From: Haliotis rubra
Taxonomy: Eukaryota
Direction: 5' to 3'
NCBI RefSeq assembly: GCF_003918875.1
Contig: NW_025765669.1
Location: 310,001-374,000 of the forward strand
DNA length: 64,000 nt
In this document: in pieces, positions 52,637 through 64,000 of the stretch
How positions within the stretch are numbered: position 1 is the stretch's first letter
Layout of the letters: each line of letters opens with the position of its first letter
The notes under the pieces: generated by a model
Database searches by the model: none
Seen by the model: the letters and a program-made list of their open reading frames with translations, nothing else
Told to the model about the DNA's origin: nothing
Made by a program: the position numbers and the translations under genes

Positions 52637-55600
52637 TATTTCCTATGTGTATTGCTTGAGGCCTTTGAGTTTGGGTTGGGATGGGGTACACCTTTATATG
52701 CTGGTATAATCCATTATATTGGAATAGTGACTATGTATGGTTGTGTGTCGTCGCTTATGCTATCAATAACTCTTTCTGGTTTGGTTCAAGTCTCTCCTCT
52801 ACATCATAATAAAACTGTTACTGAACCAAACTGACTCACAAATATTGCGTCTTATATGAATAAGTGTGAAAAGACGCGCCTAATTTTTCATTGTGTGTCT
52901 TTGGGGACGAAAAACTCCAAGTCGTCGTTTTATAAATATAATTATGTATAAAGCCTTAAGGTACATATTCATATATGATATGTAACCCATTCTGTACTTG
53001 TTATCACACGTACAGCTCTCAGGCTTCTGGCGTTTTTCAGAGTATGGTAAACGAATTCTATGCTTAAAAGTGTCGTGTTGGGACATATATTAATGTTAAT
53101 ATTCATGAAAAAAACTTAACCTTCTGAATGTATTAAGGTGGTGACTGCTTATGAAATTTTGGTTGCCGGATTTATATTGCGGTGTGTTTTGTCGCTGTGT
53201 GTAGAGGAATATATGACGCATACTGAATGTTCCACAGGGTAGGGACAATCAACGAGTTCTAGAAATAACATCCAGGAATAAAATGAGATGGAAAGATTTA
53301 ATGTGACTAATCTGACATTGGTCTAAAGTTATAAATTCATGTCCTGTTTGATCAAAGAAGGATAGATTATCCCACTACGTCAAAGGACAAGCATTTGCGA
53401 TCTTATATCCGAATTTGGCTCAATTTCGATGTTGATGGCAAATATGATGTATAATTTCCATTCATATACATTGTCCACTAACTTTTAAGGTGTCATGTTG
53501 CTGTAGTTTATTGATGTCTTAAGAATTTCATCTTTGGTTTAATGTGGTTCAAATAGATAACGGATACTGTCTTAAGGCGGTTGGTCGGGAGAAGGATGTC
53601 CATTAAGCGTTGGAAACATGAATAACAATACATGTAATATGTTCTTTTGGTCGATGTATATTTTGGCGAAAATATGTCATTCAACAGTTTATGCTTCTAA
53701 ACAAAAGGGTTGGGTGCGTGCCCACCGGTCTGGGTGAAAGTTGGTATCATCATTCTACTGTTTGATGAATCTATGACATACAACGGGTCCGTTAATCCGG
53801 ATCCTTCAAACAATCTGCTCTAGACAGATTGGAATCTTGATGGAGTTGGCTATCTTGTATCTTATATGTTACAGTCTGTGTATAACTTCTTTAACGTTAT
53901 GATTTTATTTGAAAGAGTTTAGGTGAAGTTAAACACGATCACAGACTACGATGCAATAACCTTTGTGTTTGATTGTGTATACTGTCAAGTAACTCAACTT
54001 AATAACACACTTGTCTTGTGGACGTTCTCTGTTAAACCTTAAAAAATGAATTCTTAGACAGCTTGTTAATGAACTGATTGAGACATGTACTGTAGCTCAT
54101 ACAATGACGAGATATTTTAGCGAAATTCATTCAAATTCCATGGGACCCTTGAAGAAGGGTTTGATCCTTGAATAGTCATGGACTTCGCTAAAGTGTTCTG
54201 TGATACAGTGAACATTAGGCCATCCTGTATGTGTTTCTCCTCTCCAGCCTGAACCAGCAAGAAATCGGTCGGGTGACAAAAGTAAAGATACATTGTATAT
54301 AGAAAAATCCCTTTCACTAATTGTATAAGTTTCTTGTGAAATTATAAAATTTAATCACTTGGTTTTGTTTAGTTTTTGTTTGTGTGTAGAGTCGGAAACA
54401 GGTTTTCAGTAAATGTAGAATGATGCACCTGCTTTGTTACGCAAGTGTACGAGTATTTATGTTTCTTTCATGACAAGAAGACATACATTTCCACAACTTC
54501 GGGGAAAACTGAGAAAAGAAAATGTTTTATTGTTTCACGTCTAAACGAAATTTCAGGGCTGCGGGAGATCGGAAGCACAGAAACAAATACGGACAGATAA
54601 GTTCGGTTTAACGAGGGACAACGCCTCCCTCAGTAACGGGCTTCACTGTATGTGAACCCTCAGTAATCAGGACGATATCACCAGTTGGAAGCCTGAAAGC
54701 TGTATTTTTATGTACATATGCATTCATTAAACGTTTTGATAGTTCTGATCATGTTAAGATTTAAATTGATTGGTGTTTATATTTTCGAAATAAATTTGAT
54801 CTTTTTAATCTTTTTGTTTCGATTTTGGAATAGCCTTTTATTTTTCAATAGCTCCCAATGTAAAGGGCCCAGTACCCCGTTCTGCGTACAGAGAGTGTGA
54901 TTTAGTGTTAAAGTATGGAAGTTACAATTGTCTTGGAACGGGGGCCGAGGAAGGTCCGGGTTAGAATTGGTCTTCAGTAACCCCTGCTTGTCGTAAGAGG
55001 CAGGATCGGGTGGTCAGGCTCGCTGACTTGGTTGTTGCATGTCGTCGTATCCCAGTTGCGTAGATCGATGCTCATGATGTTGATCAATGGATTGTCTGGT
55101 CCAGACTCGATTATTTATAGACCGCCGCCATATAGCTGGAATATTGCTGAGTGCGGCGTAAAACTAAACTCACTCACTCACTCACTCATTCTGCAACGGG
55201 ACCCTGTCCCAGCTAAATCACTATGCGAGGCAGTTATGTTGTTGCGAGGACACACTAATTCAACTCTCAAAAAAGAGTCCTAAGGCGACCATCATTACTG
55301 ACTAAGCAGTGGACGAGTAAATATTGATTTAGCCTGTTGAATGGCACTGCAGCTTTGTGGTCAAAGGTGTAGGTTCGAATCCAGGATTCGCACCTACTGA
55401 TCCCATGGCGCAGCTTTCTCTAAAGGTATTTGCCTGCGAACATCAGTATCCATACCGTGACAGCTGCATGATACATGGTTTGGAGCGGCGTTAAACAAAA
55501 TTCACTCGTATTGCGTATCCTTTAGGACATCATCGTGCACAGAACCATCAATATCACTTCTAGTAGTTATTAAATATTAATGTATTCAGTGGATGATGAA

Positions 55601-56720
55601 TATATGCTCGCATGTTCAGTTTCAAACCTGATGTAACAGCGTCATATGCTTTACAAAGCGGCGAAACTCATTGACTCTTTTACGGTCCCACCAGCTAAAG
55701 GTTGTATGGCAAGGCCATCTATGGCCGACAAGTGAGTATGATTGCCGATGGCTTTGGAGAAAATGTCTGCCTACTGTCGAGGAAATGATTTGTAGATGTT
55801 GCAATAAGATTTTAGACCCGTGGAATGCCGCTGCAGATCGAATCTAGCCCTACATAAGTTCTGTCAACGTGGCTGGAATTAATAAACGAATTTAATAGGT
55901 GAGTTTTCGCTGTCTTGGGTGATCCATGATTTTGGCTTGGAATTGCGGAGGTAGCTGTTTGTGGTGAGTCGTGGCGTATAACTTTTGAAATAATGATCCG
56001 ATTGTGACCATTTATAGCTCATTTTGTAGGGAAATCATCTCGCTTTTGATCCGTAGGCCTCGAAGGGGCCTTAAAAAAGGTTAACGTGGTGAAATCTAAC
56101 TTTGATTGAGGAGGGGGTGGTTTCGTCGTTACATCCCTTTCCTTTTATATAGTACTAGGGTAGGGTCTATATACCTATATGTCTTTCTAACGCTGTTTCT
56201 AAGCGTGACACGCCCCTGTGCTGGCAGCTAAGATGTTTTAATGTTGGAAGCAAGCTCATTCAACGAGGATCAATCACAATTTCCAGAATATCCGCCGATC
56301 TGTACTTTAATTCCTATCAACGATACACATTTAGATTATCTCACTCTGTTCGTGCATTGTTTCTCAGTCTCGTGTAAACTTTTTAAATTGTACAAAAATA
56401 TTCGAATATTGCCCTGTTCAGTAGATGCGCCATGTTTACGATGCCTTGCCAGTAAACACTTTCCTACCCAGAATTCCATGCGCTCACCAAAGTGTCTCCA
56501 ACAGGAAACCGCACAGTCGTCACCTCCTTCAGAGTCCTTCCAATATATTGCTTACTTGTTTTTATCTTTCTCAGGTTTTTTCACGATTCTCCACATCAAT
56601 ATAACCATATATGATAGAACAGTTTCTTTCATTGACAAAATAACAAAAACTATTTCCATCTGCGTAGTTACTTTACTTATTTACACTGGTTGTACAGCTT
56701 CGCGTGACGTAGAGCTATGT

Positions 56721-56885
56721 GGGGCGGTGGGGTAGCCTAGTGGTTAAAGCGTTGGCTCGTCACGCCGAAGACCCGGGTTCGATTCCCCACATGGGCATAA
56801 TGTGTTAAGCCCATTTCTGGTGTCCCCCGCCGTGATGTTGCTGGAATATTGCTAAAAGCGGCGTAAAACTAAACTCAGTCAGTCA
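56721..56885 (+). mobile_element. Short (about 165 bp) tRNA-headed SINE, family A, representative copy; TSD gtagagctatgt
   Basis: ggggcggtggggtagcctagtgg..ggttcgattcc..gctggaatattgctaaaagcggcgtaaaactaaa plus short-repeat tail. Other copies near 1840, 3830, 3966, 13415, 13649, 19302, 19797, 21575, 30028, 30278, 39482, 43514, 44149, 44592, 58392, 60499, 62098 (all +) and 58805-58943 (-). Confidence 0.88.
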
Positions 56886-57086
56886 GTAGAGCTATGTTGT
56901 CATGCTCCGTCGCAGTTGTAAATTAAGTAGCACATCTATATGATTCTGTAAATAATATGTAGTGCGTACGGAAAGGCTTAGATTAAGCCAATATGTTCTG
57001 AGTTTAGAATACAAACAAGAGAAAAGTCCGGGCAAGTGATATACAAGTTAGCATGCGTCTGTAATAGGGCAATTCTGAATGTTGAA

Positions 57087-60000
57087 TCAGAAGTCCCATT
57101 CATCTTCATCATCATCTTCTTCGCCGCAATTGACCTCCACATTTTCCACTTTGCAATACTTACTATCCGGGCAAAGAGCTGACTTAGTTACCTCCTTCAG
57201 AAATGATTCCTTCACTTCTATATTACCAGGATTGCACTGTCCCGTAAAATAGTAATTCTCCGGCAACCTGAATCTGTCGCCAAACTCACGATCTGAAAAT
57301 AGAAACGTTTTTCATGATGTTCAAAGGGGACCGTTCATAATTTATGGGGGTGGGGGTGGTCTGATAAAATTTGAGATAACATGTTCGATGCATCTGGGTA
57401 ATTTACTTCGGGTTGTCTGGTCTCGTTAAATCCATTTTTGTCTGGTAACATTTTGAAGTTACCACCAACCCTGATATCTGGCTGGGTTGTGGGCTTGTTC
57501 CACACAGTGCATGTATTTTTGGAGAGTGAGAGAGAGAGAGAGACATGCAGGGGGTCACTTACTTTGTACATAAACTTTAGAGAGTTGACAATCACATTGT
57601 ACTTGCCTCTCTAGAAAATTCATCAACACCCTTCCCCTTCCCCCCGCTTTATAAGGTTTCGTCACATTATATACCAGGACATACACATCTGAAACGCCTG
57701 ATACAGGAAAATCTATCCCTTTGTCACGACCCCCAAAACATATGACACCACACCTCATTTACGTGTATCGTTATCGTAATTGATCCAACATGTGTATACT
57801 TACATGTACAATGTGGTACATTCTGGTGATTCCAAACACCATCACGGGAGCAGAGGAAAGCGGTCTGCATGAAGTTTTTACTGATTGAAATGTCATATCC
57901 TTCTCTGCACTGTAGCTGGCAAGATGAACCGCCGGACCATTTATCACAAACAAGAGCACCATTGCGAGGTGCTGGCAGTGGTGGACATGTTGGTACTGCA
58001 ACAGAAAACAATGGTTGTTATGGAATTACAGGATGGTTGAGATTCATTGCTTGCTGTTTAACGCCGCACTCAGCAGCCTCCCAGCTATATAGCGGCTGTC
58101 TGTTAAAATAATCAATAGTCTGCTTGTTCTAGTAAGTGCCAGTATCCCATTGCTGAGCCACTGAGATACCAATCCGCAGGTTAACATGGCTGCTCCGCCG
58201 AGCCAGTGTACCCTTTATCTCCTAAACGCTCCAGACAGGGAGACACCAAGTAACCGCAATTGGTATGAAGCGATCGGGGCTAGAACCACTGACCTCCCGC
58301 CCTCTTGGTAGACGCTCTATCCACTAGGCTACGGATAACAACGTTTCCACTAAAGATCTCTTAAAGTGTAGAGATGCTACTTTATGCATCTGGGAGGTGG
58401 GGTAGCCTAATTGTTAAGGCGTTCGCTCGTCACGCCGAAGCCCCGGGTTCGATTCCCCACATGGGCACATTGTGTGAAGCCACTTCTCGTGTCCCCCGCC
58501 GTGATATTACTGGAATATTGCTAAAAGCGACGTCAAATTAAACTCACTCACTCACTCTGACCCAGAGTGTTCTTGAAAGATCTGTCTCTGCGTTGAATTT
58601 TCAAGCAATATATTGTTGTGTATTGCTGGAGCGCTGGCTTTTGTTTGTCATCTCAGTCACATCTCATAGCATCGTGTGTAAAAACCTTTTTGTGATCGTA
58701 TTTCTGTTATACAATCAACCAAGCGGTACGTCTCTTACACCATTTACTGTTAAGTATTCTGAATCCTCGCCTCCACTAAGTTCCTTATCATCAGTCTGTG
58801 CGAGTTTAGTGAGTGATTATGTTTTTACGCCGCTTTTGGCAATATTCTAGCAATATCACGGCGGGGGACACCAGAAATGGGCTTCACACATTGCACCCAT
58901 GAGGAGCGAACGCCTTAACCACTAGGCTACCCCGCCAACCCCCCATCAGTCTGTTTTTTGTGGTACTTACCATCACACTTTGGCTCTTCACCGTCGACTG
59001 CCGCCCAGTAGCCTGTATAGTCATTTGCAGATCGAGTGCACGTGATGTAAGCAGGTCCCCTCAGTGGAACTGACATGGGACACTTGAGCTTACACGTCTG
59101 ACCCTCCGTGAATGGCCCTTTACAACCCACCTCCAGTAATTTATCAGACAACACAGGATATGGGCAGTAGATTGCTAAAACAGACGAAAATCATCGTGAC
59201 ATGAAAGTGTCATTCATGATACGAAACATGTTATAGAATGTTATTAGGTGCCTGACTCTGAGGGTGCGGGTTCGAATCCCGGATGGGACTCAACCCAACA
59301 AAAGTACCAGAATCCGTTCCTAAATATAACAGATGTTACATGTTATAGAATAATACTTGAAGCACGTATACGAAAATTGCTTCAAAAACTTATTTTTTGT
59401 TTTCTGTCTCTTGTTTAACGCCGCATATGGCGGCAGTGTGTAGATATTCGAGTTCAAACAAACCAATGATCAACCTCATGAGCATCGATTTAAGCAATTG
59501 TGATACGATGACCTGTCAACCTATTCAGTGAGCCTGACCACCCGATAACATTTGTCGCCTCTTACGACAAGCATGTGTTGCTGCAGACCGAGTCTGATCC
59601 GGACCTTAAAGGGTCAAAATCTTAGATACAATGCTCAAACGAAGGCCTGGTAAGCTCTTATCAATAATTATCATTAATAAATCATACTTTTAAAATACCC
59701 AGTCTATTATACGTGTTATGCTAGACGCTTTTGAAGTTCAGTGTTTCTCCGACGAGAATTGACGTATAAGCCTGGACACCCAGAAGTGAATGGGTACCGA
59801 TAGGAGGAGACAGTAATGTGGCTGTTTACCTTGGAGCGCCTCATAGTCAACATGGATTGTTTTCTGAGAGCTAAAAACGAAACTGAACCAATGGCACGGG
59901 CAGTAGTACAATCTATCATGACCTGAGCACATTTGTGCAGCTAAACACTGGAAAATGCGCTACAAATGTCTCTCTGTAATACACAAACAGACACAGTATT

Positions 60001-60266
60001 TTGTTGTACTTACGTATTTCAGGCATCCCAGCCCACTTCCGGAAAAGATACTTGACACGTTCCTCAATACGATGGTTAAGTCCACGTTTCAGTGTCTCAA
60101 TTTCCAGTCTCTGTTTGTCCTGAATAACAGCTATCCTCCTGGTATTGTCACCCATCAATTGCTTAAGAAGAAGGAATTGACGAGGTTCTTGATGTGCAAG
60201 GCCACCGGGCAGTAACAAAGCCATCACAACAAGACACAAAAGAGGACCACTGATCTGAAACCCCAT
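57087..60266 (-). CDS. Secreted protein, 284 aa: signal peptide, helical N-terminal region, two sushi/CCP domains, Cys-containing C-terminal module, acidic tail
   Basis: Exons 60266-60014, 59174-58971, 57995-57804, 57292-57087; all phase-1 GT-AG introns; CCP cysteine/tryptophan patterns (CPPLPAPRNG..CREGY..C..W..P.C). Confidence 0.85.
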
Positions 60267-60321
60267 GGTGACGGCCAGAACTGTCTCAGCCCATCAATGT
60301 GTGTTTCCTAGGTCAGAGTCG

Positions 60322-60329
60322 CTTATATA
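60322..60329 (-). promoter_or_regulatory. TATA box (TATATAAG) of the sushi gene
   Basis: About 55 nt upstream of the ATG at 60266 on the minus strand. Confidence 0.55.
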
Positions 60330-63300
60330 GGTTGATGAAGACCAAATCTAACCCGGATGTTCATGGGTCTAAAGGTTAATGACTGACGTCTTCTGTGACA
60401 CCAACAACATTACACCGGTAAGATAAGAGCAGATAACTGGGGGTGAGATCCGGCTCATGATGAGGGTTATTGACGCAAACCAAAGCACACATAATTATGG
60501 GGTCGGTGGGGTAGCCTTGTGGTTAAAGTGTTCGCTCGTCACGCCGAAGATCCGGGTTCGATTCCACATATGGGTACAATGTGTGAAGCCCATTTCTGGT
60601 GTCCCCCGTCGTGATATATACTGCTTGAATATCGCTAAAAGCGGCGTAAAACTAAACTCACTCACTCATAATAATTATGTGAAGGAGGATGCCCTGATAT
60701 GCCCTGATGAAAGATACTGGAGTGCTTTAATCACACCGGTGGACAAGGTTTCCTCGAGCTCTTGACGGAGATTTGAAGTCCTCTCTGGCAGAAATTACTA
60801 TACTCATTCTTTTGTAGTTAATATTTTCTGCACACTATTTATATGTTTGTTAATATATATGTGTAGTTGTCCTTCAATTATGTGCAGATCTTGGTTAGAA
60901 TTATTTTTCAGTAACCTATGCTTGTAGTCAGAGGCGACTAACGGGATCGGGTGGCCAGTCTCGCTGACTTGGTTGACACATGTCATCATATCCCAACTGC
61001 GTAGATCGATGCTCATGCTGTTGATCACTGAACTCGATTATTTACAGACCACCGTCATATAGCTTGAATATTGCTGACTGCGACGTTAAGCAACAAACCA
61101 AATCCCTCCACGGATGCTTGTCACCATGGAAACGTAATAGTAACGGCACCAAATATATGTAAGGTGCAAAGTGTATGCACAGGATGTGCAGGAAACACAT
61201 TAACTGTATTCTTAGTTTATTGTTTAACGTCGAGCTCACCTATTTTCCATCTATATGACAGCGTCCTGTAAATAATGGAGTCTGGTCCAGACAATCCAGT
61301 GATGGAATCATGAGCATTGATCTACACAACTGAAATACGATGGCATGAACCAAGTCAGTCGTCTCTTACGACAAACTATTGCTATAATCCGGTTGACTCC
61401 ATCCTATCCTAACATCCTACACCAGAGGCGTATTAAAATCATGTAAGTATTCCTATTGTTTTATAGTCGTGGTCTCCCAGGAAAATGGTGGTTCGAACCC
61501 CGGTTCTTGTTGATTTCCTGGCTGGGTTCAAGTAGGGGATCCGTGTTCAGTGATTGATTGAGTGAGTGAGGGAGTGAGTGACACATGTGTAGTAACAATG
61601 AACGTGACGTTATAATCTCATTTCAACTTACTAGGATGGGTATTGCAGGGAATTTTCGTATTGCGAACTATTGCGATCCGAAAGCATGTAGTGCGATATG
61701 TATTGCAATATATTGCAAGAATAATTTTTTTTAACAAAAAAAATACTTATAATCGAGTTAATGCTTGATTTGTAAAGCAAAAACACAACAAAATCACAAT
61801 GCTTGATTAGGCTTTAAAAAAACTTTTAATCATGGCAAAAAATAAATGTAAGTAATGTTTGGCACAAATGAAACAAGGAAAGGAACAATTTAAAAAAACG
61901 GAAATATGCGAAGATTTCCGAGTGTTTTCCGAATTCATGTCAAAATACCGGTTTTCGATCAGCGTATCGCAATACGTATCGATTCCATGTCTGAACCGGT
62001 AAATACCGGTAAACCGGTTATATTGCGCAGCCCTACAACTTACATTTCTAACGTTTCACAGCCTGGTGCCATGTTCAACAAATATTAGCCCTTTTTGAGG
62101 GCCGGTGGGGTAGCCTAGTGGATAAAGCGTTCGCTCGTCACTCTGAAGACCCGGGTTCGATTCCCCACATGGGTACAATGTGTGAATTCCCTTTCTGGTG
62201 TCCCCCTGCCGTGATATTGCTGGAATATTGCTAAAAGCGTCGTAAAGCCAAACTTACTCACTTCGCCCTTTTTGTAAGTGCTGGTATTGTCACACAACCT
62301 GCGATACGATACATCACGATACTAAAATTTTAGTCACGACGATATATTGCCAAAGTATTGTGCACTGAAGCTGCGATACGATACGAATCCCGATAAAAGG
62401 GTGGCGATACGATACGTATCACGATACTAAAATCTGTAATTAATTCTAACATCAACTATAAAACACCTGATATCAACCTCGTCAATTGTATAAACTCCAT
62501 TATCCTTCATGTATATATGTATTCTCTTTATCCATAATGTTGTGTATAGCTTGCTTGTTACTTCTGTTGCTTGTTGGGACGGTGGGGTGCGAAATATACC
62601 ATCATGTCGGAATGCGCACGTAAAATCTCCAACTCATCGCGCTCATGCTGTTGATTTGCGAGGACTACAAATAACGCATGCAGGATACCGTGCAATGACG
62701 TCGCTTTTGACGTTGCTCCCCGGAAGTGGTCATGAACAAAGGGGGGATAACTCCAAACATAATACGATTTAGTTTTTAAAGTGGACTATGTGTTGATATG
62801 CACTGTTCCTGTATTCCATTGTGCATTTATCCGATATTTATGTTGCATTTATAACACGATATCTCACTTGAGTAAACGTACACTTCAGGCCTAAACTTAT
62901 TTCAGTCTTACTCAGTGACGCTGTTTCACTGTTGGCCGTGCACCGCACGAGATGATCGCGTTACAGGTAGTTTCCTCAGATGAGTTTAATGTTCAGCTGG
63001 ACACACGTGGATTAACTTGTGGATGGACGTCACCTGTTTTTATTTGGATACTTGTATATCGGGACTGTAGATTTATACAATATTATGAATGCAAATTGTG
63101 AAGAAGTTTCGTATGAAGGATGTGTTCATGTGTTAAGATCATGAGGCGATTGATCCAGGACATGGATTCCTTTCCAATGCATATATATCATGAGGCGATT
63201 GATCGAGGACATGGATTCCTTTCCAATGCATATACCAGGTTGGGGAAACCTACTGAACGGCCTATTATAGCCCATAAGACCGATAACGAAATAGGCCGAA

Positions 63301-64000
63301 CGAGCTATCATGTCACGTTTCCGACTCGTATGCGACATAGCCAAAATACCGCATTTTCCGTCGCTCGGTATTCAATGCTCCGTCAACACCACTACATCAT
63401 CACACAACTTTCAGAATTTGAAACGATATCGTATTTCATGCACAGTCAATAAACAACAACCACCCACCATTACACAAACAAGAAAATGGGCGAATGAAGT
63501 CATTACAAACCGTGAAAGTTCTTGTTGTTGCAACCCACATGTGAGCGTCTCCTTGACTGACGCAATGCGCATGCGTTCATGACGGGAAACGGACCTGTAA
63601 AAAACGGAGAAAACAGCAAAACCCAAACGTTAGCAATAAATGTATGGAACACTGTTGTGCCACGTTTTTAACAAAAGATGTAAAGGATAGAAAATGAAAA
63701 GCGTTTAAAAAAATAACAATTAATCCACATTCTGATTGGATAAGAACGCCATACAAAACACACGTTTTAGGTACAAAAAGGTCCATAAAGCATAATAATT
63801 ATCATGACTGCAACATGGACAGTGGGCGTAAAGAACATGACCGTTTTTCATCAGGAAAATACTTTAAGATATTGAAAATTAGGTGGCGGAAGATTCCTGC
63901 AAACATTGTTTACTTAGCAATTTGATTGAAAATGAACTTTCAACGTCAACCACCAAGTCTGCATTGTGCACAGCATGCGCCGATTGTGCCAAGAAAGAAC

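Noticed and set aside
62690-63600. Possible promoter of a neighbouring gene (CCGGAAGT, TGCGCATGCG, CpG-richer)
   Set aside because: Short motifs only; no exon could be supported within the window.

Overview
AT-rich, repeat-dense animal genomic DNA, most likely a gastropod mollusc (abalone-like; inferred from repeat content and gene style). Most ORFs in the supplied track are spurious. Three protein-coding genes were reconstructed by hand from splice sites and exon phases. (1) A 23-exon ADAM17/TACE-like metalloprotease on + (759-32145, about 730 aa after correcting two apparent +1 frameshifts). (2) An innexin on + (probable first coding exon 46043-46071, main exon 49095-50310). (3) A 4-exon secreted protein with two sushi domains on - (60266-57087, 284 aa). 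The most striking feature is the ADAM17 catalytic motif [12 protein letters not shown], which is split over three exons. A 6-nt micro-exon (16823-16828) completes the catalytic Glu codon. The upstream intron opens with a 24-bp minisatellite made of in-frame copies of the exon-end plus donor junction, and the downstream intron holds a 27-bp array of GTAAGT/GTAAGG motifs. The gene also has a U12-type intron. Repeats include at least four SINE-like families, one with a non-tRNA, pseudoknot-capable head (candidate ribozyme), plus several MITEs, a LINE 3' fragment and several minisatellites.
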